Assembly (NCBI GenBank): GCA_964622035.1
Contig: CAZUPF010000001.1
Span: 1 to 49,622, forward strand
Reading direction: 5' to 3'
Source: an uncultured Candidatus Saccharibacteria bacterium
GTDB taxonomy: Bacteria; Patescibacteriota; WWE3; JAUXAW01; JAYEID01
DNA length: 49,622 nt
The notes beneath the pieces were generated by a model. It saw nothing but the letters and a program-made list of their open reading frames with translations, ran no database searches and was not told where the DNA came from. Within the stretch, counting starts at the first letter, position 1, and the number at the start of each line of letters is the position of its first letter. This document shows positions 25,361-34,300 of the stretch, one piece after another. A program made the position numbers and the translations under genes.

Positions 25361-26646
25361 GGTACTACCGTTAGCCTCTCTAACAAGGCCAAAAGGGCCC
25401 AAAATTCCAACGCTAAATCGTTTTTGAAGTAGGGGACATCTACTAAACCGTGGGCCAGGATGTAGATCAGCGCGGCCCCAAATCCCAAGGCACGATAACC
25501 ACCCAACCGCAACACTGTTTTTAGCCACCGGACAGTAAGCATTAAAAACACCACTAGCCCGAAAAGCCCCATCTCCGCCCAAAAATTAAGGAAGATATTG
25601 TGGGGATACTCCAACAGCTCATCGTCGCAAGTCCGAAAACCCTTGTAAGCCTCTTTAAACCCCGAAAGGCCGGCCCCTAAAAGGGGGCGCCCCCGAAGCA
25701 GGTCCTGCGTCCCTTCCCACAGACAAAGACGAATTACAGCTGTATTCTCCGAAACCCGGATTGGCGGAGAAGTTCCTGGGGGTGCTAAGCGCGGCACCGC
25801 CAAGAAGATAAAAAATAGGCAAAAAAAGGCCAACAAGTAGGGAAGTAGCGGTATTTTAGCCCAAATTTTTCCTACTGGCCGCGTCGGCCGGCCGGCGCCA
25901 AGTATCCCCTCCCCTCCCCCACCACCGACGCTGAAAAACCGATCGGCCAAAAACAGAAAGAGTAGTCCTGCGGCTAGACCAACCACTGCCCCCACTGATT
26001 GGGAAAGAAAAATCGCCAAAAGCAGCGCCCCCACCAACCACCCGCACCGGCGCTTATCTTGGTGACCACCCCTCAGCAGGCCAACCGCCAACACCACTAG
26101 GGGTCCAAGGTATAAACCCAAAGCATTGGCTGTGTTATAGACCCCATGAGCCCGGCCCTCAGCCATCTCGTGCCCAGTAACCACAAACCACCCAAAAAGA
26201 CCTTGAGATATTGCCAAAATGGAGAGCCAAAGACCAGAGAAGAATAATGAATGTAGAAGCAGGAACAGCGTCTCTTTAGTCCGCACCACATCCTTAATAA
26301 TAAAATAGATCAGGACTGGCTCAGCAATGTAAGCCTTGAAAATACCCCAAGCGCCGCGTTTGTCTGGGGAAACACCAACGGAAAGCAGCCCTGCCAAAAC
26401 AAAGAGGGTGACCGGCCACTCCCGTCGGACCACACGCCGCAATGCGGTTACCAAACTTGTACCGCCCCCCGTAGTAATCTTTTCCCAAAGCCAAGAAGCG
26501 GCGGTCAGGAAAATTAGGATCTCTAACAAAGTCGTGGGGTACTCCCCCACCAGCGGAATCGGGGCCAGCCGAAACCGCAGCACATAAAGCGGTGCCGAAG
26601 CCAAAGTTAAACCAAGTAGCCATACTGTACGACCGTAGGTCCTCAT
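25357..26646 (-). CDS. O-antigen ligase/polymerase (Wzy)-like membrane protein
   Basis: Polytopic protein with LSQSVGAVVGLAAG and EYPHNIFLNFWAEMGLFGL blocks, typical of Wzy_C. ATG 26646 (MRTYGRTVWLL...) lies 1 nt after the upstream stop. Confidence 0.7.
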   Translation of the reverse strand: MRTYGRTVWLLGLTLASAPLYVLRFRLAPIPLVGEYPTTLLEILIFLTAASWLWEKITTGGGTSLVTALRRVVRREWPVTLFVLAGLLSVGVSPDKRGAWGIFKAYIAEPVLIYFIIKDVVRTKETLFLLLHSLFFSGLWLSILAISQGLFGWFVVTGHEMAEGRAHGVYNTANALGLYLGPLVVLAVGLLRGGHQDKRRCGWLVGALLLAIFLSQSVGAVVGLAAGLLFLFLADRFFSVGGGGGEGILGAGRPTRPVGKIWAKIPLLPYLLAFFCLFFIFLAVPRLAPPGTSPPIRVSENTAVIRLCLWEGTQDLLRGRPLLGAGLSGFKEAYKGFRTCDDELLEYPHNIFLNFWAEMGLFGLVVFLMLTVRWLKTVLRLGGYRALGFGAALIYILAHGLVDVPYFKNDLALEFWALLALLERLTVVP

Positions 26647-26647
26647 T

Positions 26648-27877
26648 TTATTCAACCCCCACCACCAAACCAACCACGATCCATAACCACAAAACAATCG
26701 GCGAGTAGAAAAGGGAATTAACAAAGCTCGCCTCGAGAAAAAGCCCTACCAGACCGGCCAAGAGAGGTAATGCCAAGAGCGCATTACGATTATGTTCCTG
26801 CCAGGCCCCCCAGGCAACGCGACCATAAAGCCAAAGGTAGATCAGCAAACCAACTACCCCCGTTGTTGCCCAAACTAAAAGTAGGCTGGAGTCGGAACCC
26901 GCCCCCGAATGCTCTCTCCCCAGGGGAACCCCCCGCTCACTGCGGAAAAACCCCTGACGCTCTTGAGCATAGCGAAAGGCGTTAAACCCCACTCCCAGCA
27001 GCGGGTATTCCTTAATAATCTTGAAGGTCTGCTGCCAGGAAACAAGCCGCAGACTGGCCGAGTCTGCCGGGTCAGTGACCCCAGCTAATCTCGTCTGAAC
27101 GCGAGGAACAAGAAAATAGGCCCCAAAGAAAAGACCCACCATCAGCAAGAGAAGCTTTCGGGATTTGAACAAGCCAAAAACGCCAATAACGACGGCCAGC
27201 ATCCCCCAAGCACTGCGAGAGAAGGTGAGGATAAGCGCCGCGCCCAGTAACAAATAACTAATAGCGAGTAAAACCCTAGGCGTGGTGGAATTCCTCCGGC
27301 TATCAAGAAATCTACCGGTCAGCAAGCTGAGACAAAGAACAAAATAGGCCCCTAAAAAGTTGGGGTCCAACCAAGTAGAAACCAGCCGCCCCTGATGAGG
27401 ATCCCAACCCAGTGCGGGATCAAGATCGGAAAGATTAGGAAAAACTAGCAACTGCGCAAAACCCAATAGTGCCAGAACAATCCCGCTAAAAACTAAAACA
27501 TTAGCGATTTGCGATCTGAGACCGGAAACTATCCTAACAAGATCACTTACCACAAAATAGACTCCCGCATAAATTACCCATCGCCCCCAATAAGCCGCAG
27601 CTACCGCCCACTCCCCCATCCCAATCCACCGTTTACCGTTAAGTAGGCAGATGAGGGACCACAACGAAAAGGCCGCAATGGGGAACCATAGTGGTGGCAG
27701 CTCGAGACTTTTTTCCACGCCCAAGCGCCAAAACAACCAGAGAAAAACCAACAACGCCGCCACAATATCCCAAAGATAGAGCCGCACCCCACCCCCCAGC
27801 CCGGGAAGTCTTCCGAACTGCCCCAAGCAGAAGGAGAGAATTAGAATATAAAGTAGTAGCTTAGTTAGCTTTATCAT
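26648..27877 (-). CDS. O-antigen ligase/polymerase (Wzy)-like membrane protein, second copy
   Basis: Polytopic protein with an LTFSRSAWGMLAVVIG block. Overlaps the glycosyltransferase stop by 17 nt. Confidence 0.72.
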   Translation of the reverse strand: MIKLTKLLLYILILSFCLGQFGRLPGLGGGVRLYLWDIVAALLVFLWLFWRLGVEKSLELPPLWFPIAAFSLWSLICLLNGKRWIGMGEWAVAAAYWGRWVIYAGVYFVVSDLVRIVSGLRSQIANVLVFSGIVLALLGFAQLLVFPNLSDLDPALGWDPHQGRLVSTWLDPNFLGAYFVLCLSLLTGRFLDSRRNSTTPRVLLAISYLLLGAALILTFSRSAWGMLAVVIGVFGLFKSRKLLLLMVGLFFGAYFLVPRVQTRLAGVTDPADSASLRLVSWQQTFKIIKEYPLLGVGFNAFRYAQERQGFFRSERGVPLGREHSGAGSDSSLLLVWATTGVVGLLIYLWLYGRVAWGAWQEHNRNALLALPLLAGLVGLFLEASFVNSLFYSPIVLWLWIVVGLVVGVE

Positions 27878-29036
27878 GGCCCAAAATTTTCAGAAAGAAT
27901 TCTTCCATTTTTCGCGTCGAGCCACTTCCCGCACTTTCATCCTGCGCCTTTTCCCGCCCCGCAGCCCCCATTGTCTCACGGAGAGGGGGGGACTTACAAA
28001 GCTTCACTAACGCCGCTGCCAGCGCCTCGGGATCTTCTGGAGGGATCAAAAACCCAGTACGCTCATCATCAACCAGCTCTACCGTCCCCCCCTTTCGCGT
28101 ACCCACTACCGGTAAGCCAGCGAGCATCGCCTCCACCACCGCTGTGGGAAAAGACTCAAAACCGGTAGAGGGTAGGACAAAAATATCAAAAGCCCTGTAG
28201 AATACCGCCGGGGCTTCCTGGAATCCCACAAAAACCACCCCCTCCTCTAGACCCAAAGAACGGACCAGCTCCCGCAACTCGTCCTCGTTACCCCCACGCT
28301 GACCACCACCGCTACCGACAACCACCACTTTGAAATTAGTGCCCATTTCTTCAACACTACCTTTGAGAATAGCGACCGCGCGAAGTAGCACCGCAACGCC
28401 CTTCGCCGTCACCAGCCTTCCCACCGAACCAATGACCACATCGCGCGCGCCCACGCCCCACACCTCGCGAAGTTTGGCTCCCTCCGCAGAGCTAACCGCT
28501 GCCAACACTCGCCCAAAGTAGTTCTCGTTATAGATTACTTGCGATTTCTCCGACACCCTACCGCCATAAAACTCCCGCACCGCCTCCGAGCTCCAGACAA
28601 TACCCGCAGTTAGCAGTCGAAATAACTTAAACAACGGCTTAACATAAAGGAAATCGTGAACCCAAACCACCAGCGGCACTCGACTTAGCTGGGCGGCAAC
28701 CGCCGCCGTATAGTAGGCCCGAGAGGTGCAAGCGACAACTAGCTCGATTCCTTCCCGCTTAATAATTTCCCGCAGCTCGAAGATAGTCTTGAACCAGCGC
28801 CAGAAAACCAGAGGGTTAGCTGTCTTCAGCCGACCGAAAGAGATGGCCACCACTTTCGCCCCTGCCTGCGCAAAGCGCATCTCCGCCCGCTCGTTCCCCA
28901 TTGCGACCGCAACTATGGGAGAAAACCGCTCCCGGTCGAGAAGGGTAAGGTGGGTCTCCAAAATCATTTCGGCCCCACCCCAAAACGGGGCGTGATCTAC
29001 ATACAAAACCTTTGTGGCCCTAGATTTATCAAACAC
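27861..29036 (-). CDS. GT4-family glycosyltransferase
   Basis: EX7E-type block ESFPTAVVEAMLAGLPVVGTRKGG. Likely GTG start at 29036, overlapping the flippase stop (GTGTTTGA). Confidence 0.85.
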   Translation of the reverse strand: MFDKSRATKVLYVDHAPFWGGAEMILETHLTLLDRERFSPIVAVAMGNERAEMRFAQAGAKVVAISFGRLKTANPLVFWRWFKTIFELREIIKREGIELVVACTSRAYYTAAVAAQLSRVPLVVWVHDFLYVKPLFKLFRLLTAGIVWSSEAVREFYGGRVSEKSQVIYNENYFGRVLAAVSSAEGAKLREVWGVGARDVVIGSVGRLVTAKGVAVLLRAVAILKGSVEEMGTNFKVVVVGSGGGQRGGNEDELRELVRSLGLEEGVVFVGFQEAPAVFYRAFDIFVLPSTGFESFPTAVVEAMLAGLPVVGTRKGGTVELVDDERTGFLIPPEDPEALAAALVKLCKSPPLRETMGAAGREKAQDESAGSGSTRKMEEFFLKILGHDKAN

Positions 29037-30303
29037 TAGCGTCCTGCCGTACCTTACGGCTAAACTCCCGAAACACAAACCAGGCAAGGAGAGAGAGAAC
29101 GAGCAGCTCGGTCACCCCGGTTATCGCCGCCGCCGCCAGCAGAGAGTAACGAGGGATAAAGAAGAAGTTTAGACCCAAATTCACAACTAGCGCTCCCCCG
29201 TAAACAAAGGGCAGAACTCGCTGCCGCTCCAAAGCCAGCAGAGTATGCATTAAAAGAGAGGTGATAAAGAAAACCGGCAGCGCCAGCAGGAGTAGCCTAA
29301 GTGCGGGAACGGCCTGGCCAAACTCCGCCCCGGCCAGAAAACGAATCAGCCACGGAGCCAGCGCCTCCCCAAAAACCACGCCCAAAACAGAAACCACCAG
29401 AAGGGATAGGAATGACTGCCGAAAGAGTTTTTCTGCCGCCGGCCAGCTCTCTTGGAACCGACGAACCAGCAAGGGGTAAACCGCGCTCATGAAAAAGAAA
29501 GGCACCGTCAGAGTAACCTCCAAAATCTTGAAGGCCGTACCGTAGTAACCCACCACCGCGCTATTTACCCGACCCCCCGGTAGCGGCAAGACCGAAAGCA
29601 TAAAGGAGTCAATCTTAAAATCAAGAATGTCGAAAATCAGGGCCAAACCAATCGGCAGCGTCAGCCGCAGCAGTTTACTAGCCAAGACTCTCTCCCATTT
29701 TATTTGGCGCCAGTCAATGAACCGCCTGGCCCAGAAGATACCCATTACGACCATTAGTAAATTTCCCAAGAGGGAACCCAGCGCCACCCAGAGAAGATCA
29801 CCAGAAAAATGGATCAGCCCAGCTACCAGACCCAGGTTTAGCAGAGCTCCTAAAACTTGCGCCGCCACCTGAAACTTCTGCTGAGAGTTGGCCTGAAAAA
29901 TAGTCTGCGTCGAAGAAAAGACAGCCATTAGGAAAAGGGTACTCAGGTTCAGGCCTGCCCCCAGCTTTACCAACGGGGAATATGGCAGGAAACGTAAGAC
30001 CACCAGGGCCACGACAGTAAAAAGCCCGGCCAGGCCGAGGCGTATCAGAAGCAGATTGGCGAAATAGCGCTGGGTGTTCTCTTCTTTTTTGGAGATTTCC
30101 CTGATCACTGTCGCGTTAAAGCCGAAATCGGCCATAATCCAAAACAGGGTCGGAAAAGTGATCATAATCATGAAATCACCAAAACCAGCGGGGCCAAAGT
30201 GCCGAGTAATCAGCATCGTTACGAGGAGGGTAGAAGAGGCGGTGATGGCTTTACCAACAAGCTGCACGAGGGTATTTCTAGCAATCTTTTTCCGCGCCGA
30301 CAT
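29029..30303 (-). CDS. polysaccharide flippase (Wzx/MOP family)
   Basis: 12+ hydrophobic helices with a typical N-terminus (KKIARNTLVQLVGK). ATG 30303 lies 6 nt after an extended -10 box, TGCTACAAT. Confidence 0.75.
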   Translation of the reverse strand: MSARKKIARNTLVQLVGKAITASSTLLVTMLITRHFGPAGFGDFMIMITFPTLFWIMADFGFNATVIREISKKEENTQRYFANLLLIRLGLAGLFTVVALVVLRFLPYSPLVKLGAGLNLSTLFLMAVFSSTQTIFQANSQQKFQVAAQVLGALLNLGLVAGLIHFSGDLLWVALGSLLGNLLMVVMGIFWARRFIDWRQIKWERVLASKLLRLTLPIGLALIFDILDFKIDSFMLSVLPLPGGRVNSAVVGYYGTAFKILEVTLTVPFFFMSAVYPLLVRRFQESWPAAEKLFRQSFLSLLVVSVLGVVFGEALAPWLIRFLAGAEFGQAVPALRLLLLALPVFFITSLLMHTLLALERQRVLPFVYGGALVVNLGLNFFFIPRYSLLAAAAITGVTELLVLSLLAWFVFREFSRKVRQDASV

Positions 30304-30327
30304 GGGGTAATTGTAGCACAAACACAC

Positions 30328-30356
30328 TTGACCAGAGACGCTAGCTGCGCTAATAT
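30328..30356 (+). promoter_or_regulatory. sigma70-type promoter of 30364..31944 (leaderless)
   Basis: TTGACC (30328-30333), 17 nt, TAATAT (30351-30356). The ATG lies 7 nt downstream. Confidence 0.6.
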
Positions 30357-30363
30357 ACCGCCA

Positions 30364-31944
30364 ATGAGGAGTGTAGTTTTCGCTCGAATACCACTTCTGC
30401 TACTAGTTTTAACCATCGCCACCACCGGTGCAGCCTCTGCGGTCACCAACCTCCAACCTCTTGACAGCGAAGATATAAACTTTGGCAGTTGCATATGGAG
30501 TCTTGAAACAATGAGCTGCGGCCCCTCACTGAAAGAGGAAACGGTTAGGTTTACCAATGTCTACAGCAGCTCCACCATTAACGAGACCGTTTACAAGATG
30601 GGAGTATTCAACTCTGGCTATGCTAACAAAGCTTTCGCGGTTTATAACCCCGAAACCGGCTACTCGAAAGACCAAATTTTTCGCTATGACACAAACATAC
30701 CAAAGGATTCAGAGGGCCAAACGTTCATCCGGTTTTCCCCAGAAGCGGATTCGGTCCAAAGTTGTATCGATAATCGAGAAACTGAGTGCTCGTTAAGCTC
30801 CACAATCTACATCCAACCCTACTACTGCAACACCAACACCTCACCTCCTGACTGTCACGTCAACGACGGCCTGGAGATCAACGCTCAAGGAATTGCCGTT
30901 TTTGCCCTTCCAAGCATCAGCTACTCCAGTACCAATTTTGACTTCGGGCAGGTTGAAATCGGTCAAACCAAAACTCTTACCCTAACAATCACCAACAACT
31001 CATCAAACGAGACCTTTCGCTTTAAAATATACGAATTTTCACACGACTTTGGCTCGGATCAGACAGGGGAAACCCGAACTGTTAACGCCGGCGGCAGCCA
31101 AGATCTTAATATTACTTTTACACCAGCTTCAACGGGAACCCAAGCAACCACGACCTACTTCACCGACACGAGAGTGATTATTGGCAGAATAATAGGGTTG
31201 GGTTTGGCGATTAATTTAAGTGGTGAGGGGATCGAGCCCCCATCAGCAGAACCAGAACCACCAGAGGAGCCTGTGACGGAGCCGGAAACCGATACCCCAT
31301 CAGCGACAACGGAAACCACGAGCGCGACGGAGGTGGTAGAGACCACCCCCAACACCACCACCGCACCAACTCTGCAAACGGAGACTGAGCAGGCAGAGGC
31401 AACCGAGACCACACCAACAACCCCAGCTGCAGATGCCGCACCAGTTCCAGTCTGGGTCGCGAAGGGGAACGAATACAAAGTGACAATCTCCGCGCCGTCG
31501 ATACCTGCAAAACTTAAAGAGAGCGAGAGCTTCGTCATCCGTGGTAAGGCCGACCCATTTGCCAAACTTATGCTGTATATCTACAGCGACCCGATTATTG
31601 TTGAGATCCTGGCCGACGGAAATGGGGACTGGACCTACGCACTACCTAGAGGAATTGGTGCCGGAAAGCATGAGATCTTCGCAGCAGTAATCGAAAGTGA
31701 TGACGAGCTGACTGAGCCAATCAAAGTTGCCGAGTTTGAAGTTATCTCCCAAGCCCAAGCGGCCGAAGCCGCGCCCGCTTCCAAAGTCGCTGCAAAGAAG
31801 GAGCTGGGTTGGGTAATCCCGGCACTAGCAGTAATGGCCGCGGCTCTATTATTAACATCAGGATACTACTGGATGGCTTACAGGAAAATCTGTAGGCAAG
31901 TTACTAACGAGGGCGAAGGGACCACCACCGACAGCCTCAACTGA
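30364..31944 (+). CDS. surface protein: signal peptide, ASH/Ig-like beta domains, Pro/Glu/Thr linker, C-terminal TM anchor
   Basis: MRSVVFARIPLLLLVLTIATTGAASA, FDFGQVEIGQTKTLTLTITNNS, EPPSAEPEPPEEPVTEPETD... and C-terminal LGWVIPALAVMAAALLLTSGYYW. Confidence 0.75.
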   Translation: MRSVVFARIPLLLLVLTIATTGAASAVTNLQPLDSEDINFGSCIWSLETMSCGPSLKEETVRFTNVYSSSTINETVYKMGVFNSGYANKAFAVYNPETGYSKDQIFRYDTNIPKDSEGQTFIRFSPEADSVQSCIDNRETECSLSSTIYIQPYYCNTNTSPPDCHVNDGLEINAQGIAVFALPSISYSSTNFDFGQVEIGQTKTLTLTITNNSSNETFRFKIYEFSHDFGSDQTGETRTVNAGGSQDLNITFTPASTGTQATTTYFTDTRVIIGRIIGLGLAINLSGEGIEPPSAEPEPPEEPVTEPETDTPSATTETTSATEVVETTPNTTTAPTLQTETEQAEATETTPTTPAADAAPVPVWVAKGNEYKVTISAPSIPAKLKESESFVIRGKADPFAKLMLYIYSDPIIVEILADGNGDWTYALPRGIGAGKHEIFAAVIESDDELTEPIKVAEFEVISQAQAAEAAPASKVAAKKELGWVIPALAVMAAALLLTSGYYWMAYRKICRQVTNEGEGTTTDSLN

Positions 31945-32074
31945 GTAATCGGCTGGCTGAAGACCGCGCGGCCGCGCTGAGAAAGTCTTCTATCTCCGAA
32001 ACGGCTTGACGATCCTTGCTGCGATCAAACTTTTCAACCACCAGCCTTTTCCAAGCCAAAGTTGTGTCTAGAGA
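31945..32074. repeat. 130-bp direct repeat, copy 1 (orphan duplicate of the 3' end of gene 33166..33654)
   Basis: 125/130 identical to 33174..33303 by hand alignment. The minus-strand frame reads SLDTTLAWKRLVVEKFDRSKDRQAVSEIEDFLSAAARSSASRLLS* with a stop two codons upstream and no start. Confidence 0.9.
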
Positions 32075-32105
32075 CCCACATCAAGGGCCTGGTCCTTGAT
32101 GTGGG
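32075..32105. repeat. perfect 12-bp inverted repeat with 7-nt spacer
   Basis: CCCACATCAAGG-gcctggt-CCTTGATGTGGG immediately abuts repeat copy 1. Confidence 0.85.
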
Positions 32106-32134
32106 ACATAGCACAAGAGCCCGGCGCAGTGAGG

Positions 32135-32143
32135 TGCTATAAT
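32135..32143 (+). promoter_or_regulatory. extended -10 promoter (TGCTATAAT) of the DHH gene
   Basis: TGnTATAAT match lies 13 nt upstream of ATG 32157, with no SD. Confidence 0.55.
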
Positions 32144-32156
32144 TCCTCTACCCAAG

Positions 32157-33209
32157 ATGAACTACACCGCACCGTCAACGGAGTTTCGGCGAGAGTTTCT
32201 CAGTCTCGTTGGCCAAGCACAGACAATCCTACTTACCGCCCACGTTTCCCCAGATGACGACTCAATTGCTTCAGTTTTATCCCTGTTTTACATACTAAAA
32301 CTAAAGTATCCCAAGAAAACACTACGAATCGTCTATACCGGCCAGCCGACCAAAAAGTACCAAAGCTTCGCCAACAGCGATCAGGTAGAGTTTGTGGAAG
32401 ATTTGGCCAACCACCTAGGAAAGGCCGATCTGCTCATTTTTCTTGATGGGAGCCAGTACCACCGCTTCTCCAAGCAGCCCGAGAAATTGCAAAGGTTTGC
32501 CGGAGACACGATTTGCATCGACCACCACAGCTCACCAATTGACCAATTTAGCCTAAGCCTGGTAGCTCCCACCATATCTTCCACGGCCGAGATCGTCTAT
32601 CTCAGTCTCTGCCAGGACGAGTCAATCGACAAACCGCTAGCGGAGCTCTTCCTCCTGGGAATTCTTGGTGATACAAATAATTTCAGCTACCTCAAACCCC
32701 ACCAAACCGACACTCTGATTACCGCGCAGAAACTGCTCTCAATTAGTCAGGTCGAAATCCAAACGTTCAAAGCACGCTACAGCACTATCTCCACCAAAGT
32801 CTTCGATCTGGTTTCCGCGTTCGCAGAAAACACCCAATTCCACAAACTCCCCGGCTGGCCGCCCTTCCAAACGAGTCATATCACCCGCAACTACCTCGAA
32901 GGCAGGCAGTACACCGAAAACGAAGTCGCCGACGCTTGCCACACCTACATGAGCTATTTTCTAAGGAGTATTACCGACTACCAGTGGGGATTTGTCACCT
33001 ACCCTCTTTCCGGCAGCGATTGCAAAATATCCCTGAGATCTCTACCCGACAGCGTCAACGTCCGAGAGATAGTTGAACGAATGGAAATAGGTGGTGGGGT
33101 GAACCTATCCGCTGGGGGCACCTTTAAAGCCGAGAGCGATCAAGAGCAACAACCGGCCGAGTGCCTCAGCCAGGTAATTGATTGGCTGAAGACCGCGCGG
33201 CCGCGCTGA
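32157..33209 (+). CDS. DHH/DHHA1 phosphoesterase (NrnA-like)
   Basis: Motif I HVSPDDDSIAS, II DGSQ, III IDHHSS, IV GILGDTNNF, plus a DHHA1-like GGV..AGG. The last 12 codons are encoded by repeat copy 2. Confidence 0.85.
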   Translation: MNYTAPSTEFRREFLSLVGQAQTILLTAHVSPDDDSIASVLSLFYILKLKYPKKTLRIVYTGQPTKKYQSFANSDQVEFVEDLANHLGKADLLIFLDGSQYHRFSKQPEKLQRFAGDTICIDHHSSPIDQFSLSLVAPTISSTAEIVYLSLCQDESIDKPLAELFLLGILGDTNNFSYLKPHQTDTLITAQKLLSISQVEIQTFKARYSTISTKVFDLVSAFAENTQFHKLPGWPPFQTSHITRNYLEGRQYTENEVADACHTYMSYFLRSITDYQWGFVTYPLSGSDCKISLRSLPDSVNVREIVERMEIGGGVNLSAGGTFKAESDQEQQPAECLSQVIDWLKTARPR

Positions 33210-33654
33210 GAAAGTCTTCTATCTCCGAAACGGCTTGACGATCCTTGCCGCGATCAAACTTTTCAACCATCAGCCTTTTCCAAGCCAAAGTTGTGTCTAG
33301 AGAAGCGAACTTGTACCCCCCAATCTCGACCGGATCAGCGAGAATCAACTGAATCCAGGTTTCGTGGCCCGCCCACAAACCACCACAATCCACCTCTACC
33401 CCATCAATCACAAATTTATAAAGCTTTTTATCCGGATCATTCTCAAAGAGAACCACCCGCGCCCCCTCTTCATCCACAATCTCCCCCACCACGAAAACAT
33501 CCAAATCGTGAAGATCATCTAAACTGTTGAAGGGGCGAACGCCATAAAGATAAAGCGGGGCCGAACCGAAAACCACAAAATCCCCGGCTATCCGGGAGTG
33601 AATTTTAGCTAAAATGGGCTGAATAGCCTCGAAGAACTGACGATTGATTTCCAT
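33166..33654 (-). CDS. nucleotidyltransferase-fold protein (tentative)
   Basis: G-S...D-x-D signature (VVFGSAPLYLYG...DLHDLDVFV). 162 aa. Confidence 0.6.
   Translation of the reverse strand: MEINRQFFEAIQPILAKIHSRIAGDFVVFGSAPLYLYGVRPFNSLDDLHDLDVFVVGEIVDEEGARVVLFENDPDKKLYKFVIDGVEVDCGGLWAGHETWIQLILADPVEIGGYKFASLDTTLAWKRLMVEKFDRGKDRQAVSEIEDFLSAAARSSANQLPG
33174..33303. repeat. 130-bp direct repeat, copy 2 (functional 3' ends of two convergent genes)
   Basis: See copy 1. It overlaps the last 36 nt of the DHH gene and the last ~46 codons of 33166..33654. Confidence 0.9.
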
Positions 33655-33671
33655 CGTGGGATCCGAAACTT

Positions 33672-34274
33672 CTAGAGATTAACACCAAGCGAAATTAACT
33701 TCTCTTTAAACTGCTCAAAATCTTCGTAAACGAAGGCGTTGATTCCTAGTTCTAGAGCCCCACGCAACTTCTCCTCACTATCATCTGAGTAGACGAGTTC
33801 TTCTGGTTGAACGGCCGCCCGGTGAACCAACTCCTCAAAGATTCGCTTGTCCGGCTTGGTTACCCCCACCTCATAAGAAAAAATAGCAACATCGAAATAT
33901 TTGAGAAATCCAAACCTCTCTTGAAGAACTCTAATCCGCGAGCGAAAGTTGTTGGAGCAAATGCAGGTCTTATAGCCCCGCTTCCGAGCAGTCTCAACAA
34001 CACCCATAACCGCCGAATCGACATCGTAACCGGCACCCAACAGCGTAATCAACTCCTCCTGAGTCCTATCAATACCCCACCGCTCGATTGCCAAAGCCCA
34101 ATACTCTCCCTCCGTAAGCTCGTCCCGTTTGAAAGCCAGCATTGGCTCACCAAACAGAACAAAATCCCGCTCTCCGTCGGGGACCCCAAATCCAGCAATT
34201 TTCCTCTTAAAAGAGGCCATTCCCTCCTTAGTGAAAAAGACCCCATCTAGGTCGAAACAGATTGCTTTAATCAT
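33672..34274 (-). CDS. HAD-superfamily hydrolase
   Basis: Motif I FDLDGV, motif II CSNN, motif III KPD, motif IV SDD. Start ATG 34274; the upstream part of the tracked ORF reads through the tRNA. Confidence 0.85.
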   Translation of the reverse strand: MIKAICFDLDGVFFTKEGMASFKRKIAGFGVPDGERDFVLFGEPMLAFKRDELTEGEYWALAIERWGIDRTQEELITLLGAGYDVDSAVMGVVETARKRGYKTCICSNNFRSRIRVLQERFGFLKYFDVAIFSYEVGVTKPDKRIFEELVHRAAVQPEELVYSDDSEEKLRGALELGINAFVYEDFEQFKEKLISLGVNL

Positions 34275-34300
34275 TGTTACCTGTGGCCAAACAAACGTGG

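Noticed and set aside
32075-32105. Integron attC site
   Set aside because: No GTTRRRY / RYYYAAC core sites, no integrase and no cassette array. It is kept only as a generic junction palindrome.
31945-33303. Diversity-generating retroelement (TR/VR pair) as an explanation for the 130-bp repeats
   Set aside because: The five mismatches are transitions at mixed bases (C/T, G/A, T/C), not adenine-specific. No reverse transcriptase gene lies in or near the window.
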